Shown piece by piece: positions 19,601 through 32,000 of a stretch of DNA of 64,000 bases. Below the pieces are notes generated by a model, which worked only from the letters and a program-made list of their open reading frames with translations, was not told where the DNA came from and searched no databases. How positions within the stretch are numbered: position 1 is the first letter of the stretch; each line of letters opens with the position of its first letter. The position numbers and the translations under genes were made by a program. Origin of the DNA: Rebecca billardiae RCC1528 (lineage: Eukaryota > Protista > Haptophyta); the NCBI GenBank assembly GCA_965240325.2, contig OZ251241.1:744001-808000 (forward strand), written 5' to 3'.

Positions 19601-22600
19601 CCGCCGCCAAGCCCGCCGCCGAGCCCGCCGCCGTCTCCACCGCCGAGCCCGCCGCCCAGCCCGCCGCCGAGCCCGCCGCCGTCACCACCTCCTCCGAGCC
19701 CACCGCCGAGCCCGCCGCCGTCGCCACCCCCTTCGCCACCGCCCAGTCCGCCTCCATCACCCCCACCTTCACCGCCGCCAAGCCCACCTCCGAGCCCGCC
19801 GCCGAGCCCACCGCCGAGCCCGCCGCCGAGCCCGCCGCCGAGCCCGCCGCCGAGTCCACCACCGTCTCCGCCGCCCTCGCCGCCGCCGCCGAGCCCACCC
19901 CCGAGCCCACCGCCGTCGCCACCCCCTTCGCCACCGCCCAGCCCGCCCCCATCACCACCACCTTCACCGCCGCCAAGCCCACCTCCGAGTCCGCCGCCGA
20001 GCCCGCCGCCGAGCCCGCCGCCGAGCCCGCCTCCAAGCCCGCCGCCGAGCCCGCCGCCAAGCCCGCCGCCGTCGCCACCTCCTCCGAGCCCGCCACCAAG
20101 CCCGCCGCCGAGCCCACCGCCCTCGCCGCCACCCTCACCGCCGCCGTCGCCGCCGCCGTCGCCGCCGCCAAGCCCGCCTCCGAGCCCGCCCCCAAGCCCG
20201 CCGCCAAGCCCGCCGCCGAGCCCACCACCGTCGCCGCCGCCGAGTCCGCCGCCCTCGCCGCCGCCCTCGCCGCCACCGCCGAGCCCACCCCCGAGCCCAC
20301 CGCCGTCGCCACCCCCTTCGCCACCGCCCAGCCCGCCTCCATCACCACCACCTTCACCGCCGCCAAGCCCACCACCGAGCCCGCCGCCCAGCCCGCCGCC
20401 CAGCCCTCCGCCCAGCCCGCCGCCCAGCCCGCCGCCCAGCCCGCCCCCGAGCCCGCCGCCGTCACCACCGCCCCCGAGCCCGCCGCCAAGCCCGCCGCCG
20501 AGCCCACCACCTTCACCACCGCCCTCGCCGCCGCCATCGCCGCCGCCCTCGCCGCCGCCAAGCCCGCCTCCGAGCCCGCCCCCAAGCCCGCCACCGTCGC
20601 CGCCGCCGAGCCCACCTCCGTCGCCGCCGCCGAGTCCGCCGCCCTCGCCGCCGCCCTCGCCGCCGCCGCCGAGCCCACCACCGAGTCCACCACCGTCGCC
20701 GCCGCCGTCGCCACCGCCCAGCCCGCCTCCATCACCACCACCTTCACCGCCGCCAAGCCCGCCGCCGAGCCCGCCGCCGAGCCCACCGCCCAGCCCGCCA
20801 CCGAGCCCGCCGCCGAGCCCGCCGCCGAGTCCACCACCGTCTCCGCCGCCCTCGCCGCCGCCGCCGAGCCCACCCCCGAGCCCACCGCCGTCGCCACCCC
20901 CTTCGCCACCGCCCAGCCCGCCCCCATCACCACCACCTTCACCGCCGCCAAGCCCACCTCCAAGCCCGCCCCCAAGCCCGCCGCCCAGCCCGCCACCGAG
21001 CCCGCCGCCCAGCCCGCCGCCGAGTCCACCACCGTCTCCGCCGCCCTCGCCGCCGCCGCCGAGCCCACCCCCGAGCCCACCGCCGTCGCCACCCCCTTCG
21101 CCACCGCCCAGCCCGCCCCCATCACCACCACCTTCACCGCCGCCAAGCCCACCTCCGAGCCCGCCGCCGAGCCCACCGCCCAGCCCGCCGCCGAGCCCGC
21201 CGCCCAGCCCGCCGCCGAGTCCACCACCGTCTCCGCCGCCCTCGCCGCCGCCGCCGAGCCCACCCCCGAGCCCACCGCCGTCGCCACCCCCTTCGCCACC
21301 GCCCAGCCCGCCTCCATCACCACCACCTTCACCGCCGCCAAGCCCACCTCCAAGCCCGCCCCCAAGCCCGCCGCCCAGCCCGCCACCGAGCCCGCCGCCC
21401 AGCCCGCCGCCGAGTCCACCACCGTCTCCGCCGCCCTCGCCGCCGCCGCCGAGCCCACCCCCGAGCCCACCGCCGTCGCCACCCCCTTCGCCACCGCCCA
21501 GCCCGCCCCCATCACCACCACCTTCACCGCCGCCAAGCCCACCTCCGAGCCCGCCGCCGAGCCCACCGCCCAGCCCGCCACCGAGCCCGCCGCCCAGCCC
21601 GCCGCCGAGTCCACCACCGTCTCCGCCGCCCTCGCCGCCGCCGCCGAGCCCACCCCCGAGCCCACCGCCGTCGCCACCCCCTTCGCCACCGCCCAGCCCG
21701 CCCCCATCACCGCCACCTTCACCGCCGCCAAGCCCACCTCCGAGCCCGCCCCCAAGCCCGCCGCCCAGCCCGCCACCGAGCCCGCCGCCCAGCCCGCCGC
21801 CGAGTCCACCACCGTCTCCGCCGCCCTCGCCGCCGCCGCCGAGCCCACCCCCGAGCCCACCGCCGTCGCCACCCCCTTCGCCACCGCCCAGCCCGCCCCC
21901 ATCACCACCACCTTCACCGCCGCCAAGCCCACCTCCGAGCCCGCCGCCGAGCCCGCCGCCCAGCCCTCCGCCCAGCCCGCCGCCCAGCCCGCCGCCCAGC
22001 CCGCCGCCGAGCCCGCCGCCGTCACCACCGCCTCCGAGCCCGCCACCAAGCCCGCCGCCGAGCCCACCGCCCTCGCCGCCACCCTCGCCGCCGCCGTCGC
22101 CGCCGCCCTCGCCGCCGCCAAGCCCGCCTCCGAGCCCGCCCCCAAGCCCGCCACCGTCGCCGCCGCCGAGCCCACCACCGTCGCCGCCGCCAAGTCCGCC
22201 GCCCTCGCCGCCGCCCTCGCCGCCGCCGCCGAGCCCACCACCGAGCCCACCGCCATCGCCGCCGCCGTCGCCGCCGCCGAGCCCGCCTCCATCACCACCA
22301 CCTTCACCGCCGCCAAGCCCGCCGCCGAGCCCGCCGCCCAGCCCGCCGCCCAGCCCTCCGCCGAGCCCGCCGCCGAGCCCGCCGCCGAGCCCGCCGCCGA
22401 GCCCGCCGCCGTCACCACCGCCTCCGAGCCCGCCGCCGAGCCCGCCTCCGTCCCCGCCACCGTCCCCCCCGCCGAGCCCCCCGCCAAGCCCGCCGCCGTC
22501 GCCACCGCCAAGCCCACCGCCATCTCCGCCGCCCAGCCCGCCACCGTCGCCGCCACCATCGCCGCCGCCGAGCCCACCGCCCAGCCCACCACCGAGTCCG

Positions 22601-25600
22601 CCACCGAGGCCGCCGCCGAGTCCGCCACCGTCGCCACCTCCGAGCCCACCACCGTCACCGCCGCCGAGCCCACCGCCCAGCCCGCCGCCATCGCCACCGC
22701 CGAGTCCGCCGCCCAGCCCACCGCCGAGCCCGCCGCCATCGCCACCGCCATCTCCGCCGCCGAGCCCGCCACCGTCGCCGCCACCGTCGCCGCCTCCCAG
22801 CCCGCCACCGCCGAGTCCTCCGCCCTCTCCGCCACCGTCGCCGCCGCCCTCGCCACCACCGTCCCCACCACCTCCGAGCCCGCCTCCATCGCCGCCACCC
22901 TCGCCGCCGCCTTCGCCGCCGCCCAGCCCGCCACCTTCGCCGCCGCCCAGCCCGCCACCAAGCCCACCGCCCAGCCCGCCACCGTCGCCGCCACCATCGC
23001 CGCCGCCGAGCCCACCGCCCAGCCCACCACCGAGTCCGCCACCGAGGCCGCCGCCGAGTCCGCCACCGTCGCCACCTCCGAGCCCACCACCGTCACCGCC
23101 GCCGAGCCCACCGCCCAGCCCGCCGCCATCGCCACCGCCGAGTCCGCCGCCCAGCCCACCACCGAGTCCGCCGCCGTCGCCTCCGCCGTCGCCGCCACCG
23201 AGGCCGCCACCGTCGCCACCGCCGAGCCCACCACCGTCGCCGCCGCCGAGCCCGCCGCCGTCGCCACCGCCGAGCCCACCACCGTCGCCGCCGCCGAGCC
23301 CACCGCCCAGCCCGCCGCCATCGCCGCCGCCGAGCCCACCGCCCAGCCCACCACCGAGTCCGCCACCGAGGCCGCCGCCGAGTCCGCCACCGTCGCCACC
23401 TCCGAGCCCACCACCGTCACCGCCGCCGAGCCCACCGCCCAGCCCGCCGCCATCGCCACCGCCGAGTCCGCCGCCCAGCCCACCGCCGAGCCCGCCTCCA
23501 TCGCCACCGCCAACTCCGCCGCCGTCGCCGCCGCCAAGCCCGCCGCCCTCGCCGCCGCCCTCACCGCCGCCGTCCCCACCACCCAGCCCGCCACCAAGTC
23601 CACCTCCAAGCCCGCCGCCGAGCCCTCCGCCGTCGCCACCGCCATCGCCGCCTCCGAGTCCTCCGCCATCGCCACCGCCGTCTCCCCCGCCGTCTCCCCC
23701 ACCGAGCCCACCGCCGAGCCCGCCGCCATCCCCACCACCGAGCCCGCCGCCAAGCCCACCTCCGAGCCCGCCGCCAAGCCCTCCACCGTCGCCGCCGCCG
23801 TCGCCACCCCCGAGCCCACCACCGTCACCACCGCCGTCGCCACCTCCATCACCGCCGCCGAGCCCACCGCCGTCGCCGCCGCCCTCACCACCACCATCAC
23901 CGCCGCCAAGCCCGCCGCCGTCACCACCACCGTCACCACCGCCCTCGCCACCGCCCTCGCCTCCGCCCTCGCCACCACCGAGCCCTCCACCCTCGCCGCC
24001 GCCATCCCCGCCGCCGAGCCCGCCGCCATCACCGCCACCGTCGCCACCACCCAGCCCCCCGCCAAGCCCCCCACCCTCGCCGCCACCGTCGCCCCCGCCA
24101 AGCCCGCCGCCGAGCCCGCCACCGTCTCCACCGCCGTCGCCGCCTCCATCGCCACCACCATCACCGCCGCCTTCGCCACCACCCAGTCCACCGCCATCGC
24201 CACCACCGTCTCCGCCACCTAGCCCACCACCCAGCCCTCCGCCGAGCCCGCCGCCGAGCCCGCCTCCGAGCCCGCCACCGAGCCCGCCGCCCTCGCCACC
24301 CCCATCGCCGCCACCGAGCCCGCCGCCGTCTCCGCCACCGAGCCCACCACCGTCGCCGCCGCCATCGCCGCCACCATCCCCGCCGCCTTCGCCGCCGCCG
24401 TCGCCACCTCCCAGCCCGCCGCCGAGCCCGCCGCCAAGCCCGCCGCCGAGCCCGCCGCCATCGCCGCCGCCGAGTCCGCCACCATCGCCGCCGCCGAGCC
24501 CACCGCCATCGCCGCCGCCAAGCCCGCCGCCGTCGCCGCCGCCGAGCCCGCCGCCATCACCGCCGCCGAGCCCGCCACCATCGCCGCCACCGTCGCCGCC
24601 GCCATCGCCACCTCCCAGCCCGCCGCCGAGCCCGCCACCGAGCCCGCCACCAAGCCCGCCGCCGAGCCCGCCGCCGAGCCCGCCGCCGTCACCGCCGCCG
24701 AGCCCGCCACCATCGCCACCGCCGAGCCCACCCCCATCACCGCCACCGTCGCCACCGCCATCGCCACCTCCCAGCCCGCCGCCGAGCCCGCCACCGAGCC
24801 CGCCGCCAAGCCCGCCGCCGAGCCCGCCGCCGAGCCCGCCGCCGTCACCGCCGCCAAGCCCGCCACCATCGCCACCGCCGAGCCCGCCTCCATCACCGCC
24901 GCCGAGCCCGCCGCCCTCGCCGCCACCGTCGCCGCCGCCAAGCCCGCCGCCCTCGCCGCCACCATCACCGCCGCCGTCGCCGCCGCCATCGCCACCTCCC
25001 AGCCCGCCGCCGAGCCCGCCACCGAGCCCGCCGCCAAGCCCGCCGCCGAGCCCGCCGCCGAGCCCGCCGCCGTCACCGCCGCCGAGCCCGCCGCCATCGC
25101 CGCCACCGAGCCCGCCTCCATCACCGCCGCCGAGCCCGCCGCCCTCGCCGCCACCGTCGCCGCCGCCAAGCCCGCCGCCCTCGCCGCCACCATCACCGCC
25201 ACCGTCGCCGCCGCCATCGCCACCTCCCAGCCCGCCGCCGAGCCCGCCACCGAGCCCGCCGCCAAGCCCGCCGCCGAGCCCGCCGCCGAGCCCGCCGCCG
25301 TCACCGCCGCCGAGCCCGCCGCCATCGCCGCCACCGAGCCCGCCTCCATCACCGCCGCCGAGCCCGCCGCCCTCGCCGCCACCGTCGCCGCCGCCGAGCC
25401 CGCCGCCCTCGCCGCCACCATCACCGCCACCGTCGCCGCCGCCATCGCCACCTCCCAGCCCGCCGCCGAGCCCGCCACCGAGCCCGCCGCCAAGCCCGCC
25501 GCCAAGCCCGCCGCCGAGCCCGCCGCCGTCACCGCCGCCGAGCCCGCCACCATCGCCGCCACCGAGCCCGCCTCCATCGCCGCCGCCGAGCCCGCCGCCC

Positions 25601-28600
25601 TCGCCGCCACCGTCGCCGCCACCGAGCCCGCCGCCCTCGCCACCGCCATCACCGCCACCGTCGCCGCCGCCGTCGCCACCTCCCAGCCCGCCGCCGAGCC
25701 CGCCACCAAGCCCGCCACCGAGCCCGCCGCCATCACCGCCACCATCGCCACCGCCATCACCGCCCCCAAGTCCGCCACCATCGCCGCCACCGAGCCCACC
25801 CCCATCGCCACCACCGAGCCCACCGCCATCCCCGCCGCCCTCTCCGCCGCCGAGCCCGCCGCCCTCGCCACCGCCATCACCGCCACCATCGCCGCCGCCG
25901 TCGCCACCTCCCAGCCCGCCGCCGAGCCCGCCGCCAAGCCCGCCACCGAGCCCGCCGCCATCACCGCCACCATCGCCACCGCCATCACCGCCGCCGAGCC
26001 CGCCACCATCGCCGCCACCGAGCCCACCCCCATCGCCACCACCGAGCCCACCGCCATCCCCGCCGCCCTCTCCGCCGCCGAGCCCGCCGCCCTCGCCACC
26101 GCCATCACCGCCACCATCGCCGCCGCCGTCGCCACCTCCCAGCCCGCCGCCAAGCCCGCCACCAAGCCCACCACCGAGCCCTCCGCCCTCGCCGCCGCCA
26201 TCACCGCCGCCGAGCCCGCCGCCATCACCGCCACCGTCGCCACCACCCAGCCCCCCACCAAGCCCCCCACCCTCGCCGCCACCGTCGCCGCCGCCAAGCC
26301 CGCCACCGAGCCCGCCACCGAGTCCGCCACCGTCGCCGCCACCGAGCCCGCCGCCATCGCCTCCGCCAAGCCCGCCGCCGAGCCCGCCACCGAGCCCTCC
26401 GCCAAGCCCGCCGCCATCGCCGCCGCCGAGCCCGCCGCCGTCACCGCCGCCGAGCCCGCCACCATCGCCGCCACCGAGCCCGCCGCCATCACCGCCGCCG
26501 AGCCCACCTCCATCGCCACCACCGAGCCCACCGCCTAGCCCGCCGCCCTCGCCGCCACCATCACCGCCACCGTCGCCGCCACCGTCGCCACCTCCCAGCC
26601 CGCCGCCGAGCCCGCCACCAAGCCCGCCACCGAGCCCGCCGCCATCACCGCCACCATCGCCACCGCCATCACCGCCCCCAAGTCCGCCACCATCGCCGCC
26701 ACCGAGCCCGCCGCCGTCACCGCCGCCGAGCCCGCCGCCCTCTCCGCCGCCGAGCCCACCGCCTTCGCCACCGCCGAGTCCGCCGCCGTCTCCGCCACCG
26801 AGCCCTCCGCCGTCGCCACCGCCGTCGCCGCCGCCGTCGCCGCCACCGTCGCCGCCGCCCAGCCCGCCTCCATCACCACCACCTTCACCGCCGCCGAGCC
26901 CGCCGCCGAGTCCGCCGCCCAGCCCACCGCCGAGCCCGCCACCGTCACCCCCGCCGAGCCCGCCGCCGAGCCCGCCGCCGAGCCCGCCGCCGAGCCCGCC
27001 ACCGAGCCCACCGCCGTCGCCGCCCCCATCGCCGCCACCGTCGCCGCCCCCAAGCCCTCCGCCGTCACCGCCTCCGTCGCCGCCACCAAGTCCGCCACCA
27101 AGCCCGCCGCCGAGCCCGCCACCAAGCCCGCCGCCGTCGCCGCCACCATCGCCGCCACCATCGCCTCCACCGAGCCCACCACCAAGCCCGCCGCCGTCGC
27201 CGCCACCGAGCCCTCCGCCCAGCCCGCCGCCCAGCCCGCCGCCGAGCCCGCCACCGAGCCCGCCACCATCGCCGCCGCCGTCGCCGCCACCGAGCCCGCC
27301 ACCGAGTCCGCCACCATCGCCGCCACCATCGCCGCCTCCATCGCCACCTCCAAGCCCGCCGCCAAGCCCACCGCCGTCGCCGCCGCCGAGCCCGCCGCCA
27401 AGTCCGCCGCCGTCTCCGCCGCCAAGCCCGCCACCGTCTCCGCCGCCGTCGCCGCCGCCGTCGCCACCACCGAGCCCACCGCCGAGCCCGCCGCCCTCAC
27501 CGCCGCCGTCGCCGCCGCCATCGCCACCGCCCAGCCCACCGCCCAGCCCACCGCCGTCGCCACCGCCCAGCCCGCCGCCTAGCCCGCCGCCCAGCCCTCC
27601 CCCGTCGCCGCCCCCATCGCCACCGCCATCGCCGCCGCCGAGCCCGCCGCCGAGCCCCCCACCGAGCCCGCCGCCGAGCCCGCCGCCAAGTCCGCCACCG
27701 TCCCCGCCGCCAAGCCCGCCACCGTCACCGCCACCGTCTCCGCCGCCGTCACCGCCACCATCGCCACCGCCGAGCCCACCGCCAAGCCCGCCGCCGAGCC
27801 CGCCGCCGTCACCACCTCCATCGCCGCCACCGTCACCCCCGCCGAGCCCGCCGCCGAGCCCGCCGCCGTCGCCGCCACCATCGCCACCACCGTCGCCGCC
27901 GCCCAGCCCGCCGCCATCGCCACCACCGAGCCCGCCGCCGTCTCCGCCGCCGAGCCCGCCGCCGAGCCCGCCGCCAAGCCCGCCGCCGAGCCCGCCGCCG
28001 TCGCCGCCGCCGTCTCCGCCACCGAGCCCCCCACCGTCGCCGCCGCCATCGCCGCCGCCAAGCCCACCGCCGTCGCCGCCACCGAGCCCGCCTCCGAGCC
28101 CGCCCCCCTCGCCACCTCCGTCTCCGCCGCCGTCGCCTCCGCCGTCTCCGCCGCCCATCCCACCCCCGAGCCCGCCGCCGAGCCCGCCGCCGAGCCCGCC
28201 GCCGAGCCCGCCGCCGAGCCCGCCGCCGAGCCCGCCGCCGAGCCCGCCACCGTCACCGCCACCATCACCGCCGCCAAGCCCGCCGCCGAGCCCGCCGCCG
28301 AGCCCGCCGCCGAGCCCGCCGCCGAGCCCGCCGCCGAGCCCGCCGCCGAGCCCGCCGCCGAGCCCGCCGCCGAGCCCGCCGCCGTCGCCACCGCCGTCTC
28401 CGCCGCCGAGCCCACCACCATCGCCGCCGCCGTCCCCACCACCTTCACCGCCGCCGTCCCCGCCGCCGTCTCCGCCGCCGAGCCCGCCGCCATCTCCGCC
28501 TCCGAGCCCGCCGCCGAGCCCGCCGCCCTCGCCGCCGCCAAGCCCGCCGCCGAGCCCGCCGCCGAGCCCACCGCCGAGCCCGCCGCCGAGCCCGCCGCCG

Positions 28601-29017
28601 AGCCCGCCGCCGCCGAGCCCGCCGCCGAGCCCGCCGCCGAGCCCGCCGCCGTCTCCGCCGCCGAGCTCTCCACCGTCGCCGCCGCCATCGCCGCCACCCA
28701 GCCCGCCGCCCAGCCCGCCGCCCGCGCCGCCCCCTTTGCCGCCGCCGAGCCCACCGCCCAGCCCGCCCCCTCCGAGCCCGCCGCCGCCGCCAAGCTCGCC
28801 GCCGCCGCCACCACGGATCAGCCCGCTCCCGCCGCCGCCGCCGCCTTTCCCGCCGCCCACCCCGCCGCCGTCGCCGCCACCCAGCCCGCCGCCGAGCCCG
28901 CCGCCCGCGCCGCCCCCTTCGCCGCCGCCCAGCCCGCCGAGCAGCCCGCCGCCGCCGCCGCCGAGCCCGCCGCCGTCGCCGAGCCCGCCGCCGCCGAGCT
29001 CGCCGCCGCCGCCGAGC

Positions 29018-29051
<34 letters not shown>

Positions 29052-32000
29052 CGCCGAGCCCGCCGCCGCCGGCCCCGCCGCCGCCGCTCTCGCCGCCGCC
29101 GCCGTCCTCCCCGCCGCCGAGCCCGCGCCCGCCGCCGCCCTCGCCCGCGCCGCCGCCGCCGCCGAGCCCGCCGCCGCGCACCCTCGAGTTCTATGTGCTC
29201 GTGATCGACGTGCCCGAGATTGTCGATCTCGCGCTCGCCGCGGGCTCGGACGCGCTGCCCGCGGACGGCGACTCCGTCTTCCTCGCGCCGCGCGGGGCGG
29301 AGTGCAACGCCTCCGCGCCGCTCGACGCGTACGGCGGCGCGTTCGGCGTGAGCGCCGGCCAGATCACGGCGCGCGTTCCGACCGCGGCGCGGGGGCTGCG
29401 CGTGTGCCACTCGCCCTCCGACTCCGGAGGCGTGCGCACGCTCGCCAACGCGGAGCTCGACGTGTACGAGGTGGAGGGCGGCGCGTCGAGCGCCGTCGCC
29501 AACGTGAGCGTCGAGCTCCGCTTCGGCGGGATCGGCGTGGGCAGCGCCGCCTCGACCGCCGCAGACGCGGCGGTGTGGATGCCGAGCGGTGCCGTCGGCG
29601 CGGCGTGCGGCGCGCCTGGCGCCGATGCCAACTACACGGCGTGCGTCGACGCGACGTGCGACGGCGCGGCGAGCCGGGGCGCGGGCACGCTCGCCGGCAC
29701 GCTCGGCGCGGGCAACGCCGCGCCGTTCACCTTCCCGCAGCCCGGCGCGTACGAGCTCTGCTTCCGCTTCGGCGACCGCGCCGGCCGGCCGTGGGCGCTG
29801 TTCGGCGCGCGCAACGCGAGCGTGTTCGCGCTCAGCGGCGTGCTGGAGGGCGTGAGGGAGCCCGGGGCGGCCGAGGGGGAGCAGGTGCGCACGGTGGTGG
29901 GCGCGCCGCTCACGCTCGAGTTCGAGGGCGACGGCGTCGCGCAGGGCGACCAGGCGTACCTCGTGCCGCCGGGCGCGCCCTGCACCACCGCGCTCACGTA
30001 CGTCGCAGACTACGCCGGCGCGTACGGCGGCGTGCGCACGCTCGCGCCTGACCGCACGGCCGCGTTCACCGTGAGCACGGCCGGGCTCGGGCTCGAGCTG
30101 TGCTACGCGTTCACCGCGTACGCGGAGTTCGTCAAGTTCGAGTCGTTCACCGTCGACGCGCTCGAGGTGAGCTCGCCGCCGTCCACCGTCGCGGTGGTGA
30201 CGGCGCCAACCACGCTGCGGCTCGGCGGCGTCGGCGTCGGCGCGGGCGACGTGGCCAAGTGGGTGGGTGCGGCCGAGGGCTCGTGCGACGGCGCCGCGCT
30301 GCCGAGCCTCGGGGGCGAGCAGCCCGTGTCGGCGGGCGGCAACGTCACGTTCACCTTCACCGCGTCCACCGCGGCCAGCGGCGCGCTGCGCCTCTGCTAC
30401 CGCTTCGCGGACGAAGCGTACGCCCTGTTCGGCCCAATCCGCATGGAGGTGTTCGAGATCGAATCTCAGCAGCTCGAGCTGGTGGCGGGGCTGGCGGAGG
30501 GCGTGCAGCTGGGCGGGTACGGCGTGGGCGAGGGCGACGCGCTCTTCCTCGTGCCGCCCGGCACCGCCGGCGGCGCGCTCGACTGCGCCGCCGCGCTCCC
30601 CGCCGACCCGGCCCTCGGCGGGCTGGTGGCTGTGGGCGCGCGCGGCGATGCGACGCTCAGCGTGGCCGCGGGCGCGCCGGAGCTGCAGCTGTGCTACCGC
30701 TTCGCCGGGCAGCCGTTCGTGCACTTCGCGGGCGCGACGGTCGCGGTGTACGAGCTGAGCTCGCTGAGCGGCACGCCCGACGCCGACGCCTCCATGTTCG
30801 CCGTGGTCGACGTCGCCGAGCCCGTCACGTTTGGCGGCGTCGGCGTGAAGGCGGGCGACCGCGCCAAGTGGGTGAATGCCTCCGGCAGTTGCGACCAGCA
30901 GCCGCTCGGCCACGGCGGGCTGGTGCCGGGGACGAGCGTGTTCACCGCGGCGTACCAGACGGTGGGCGCGGGCGGGCTCACCGACTTCACCTTCTTCGCC
31001 GGCGCGAGCGAGCTGCGCCTCTGCTACCAGTTCGCCTCCGCCGTCGCCGCCGGGCACAAGCGCTGGGCGCCCTACCCGCAGTTCAGCGCGATCGCGGCGA
31101 CCGTCGAGTCGCCCGCGCGCGTCGTGTCCGTCGTGGGCGTGGCGGAGGAGGTGGAGCTGGGCGGCGTGGGCATCTCGGCGTCGGACACGCTGTACTACGC
31201 GCCCGCGTGCGCGAGCACCGCCGACGCCGCCGCCTCGCTCACGGGCACCCTCGCCGTGACTCCGCTCGGCGAGTACGGCACCGCCGGCCGCGTCGGCTTC
31301 ACGCCCGAGGCGACGGCGGAGGGGCTCGTCCTGTGCTACGCGTTCCGGGGGCGGGCGTACGTGGCGTACGCGCACACGCTCGACGCGTTCGACCTGTCCG
31401 AGATCTCGAGCGCGCCCATCGCGTCCCGCCGCACCGCGCGCCGCCGCCTCGGCGCCGCGCACGTGCCGCCATCCTCCGTGTCCACCGTCGTCGACTCCGC
31501 GCAGCCGGTCTACTTTGACGGCGTGGGCGTGCGCGCGGGCGACGCGGCGTACTGGGTGGCGCCGGACGCGACGAGCTGCGAGTGCGAGGGCGCGGGGTGC
31601 GTGCCGTACGCGCAGCAGACCGGCGGCGTGCAGCCCCTCAACGCCGAGCGCCGCGCCTCCTTCCTCTTCCTACCCAGCACGGGCGCGCTCGGCATGCGGT
31701 TGTGCTACGCGTTCGAATCCGAGCCGTTCAAACTCTACTCCAACCTGACGATGCAGGTGAAGGAGGTGGCGGGGCCGGCGGTGACGGTCGCGGCGGTGTC
31801 GGACGAGGTGGCCACGCGCGTGCGCACGATCACCTTCACCGGCGTCGGCGTCGGGCCGGGCGACCGCGCGCGCTGGATCCTGCCGGGAGACACGGACTGC
31901 GAGGGCGCCGACTCGGCCGGCTACGACGTTGTCGGCGCGGTGCAGACGGTGGGCGAGGGCGGCGCGGCGGGCTTCTCGTTCTTCCAGCTGCTCTCGGGCG

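Noticed and set aside
16477-29181. 4,234-aa antisense Gly-rich ORF (GGGL/D/E) and Ala-rich antisense ORFs
   Set aside because: Automatic mirror of SPPP codons: this offset frame can hardly contain a stop. It has no signal peptide or domains, whereas the sense frame has both.
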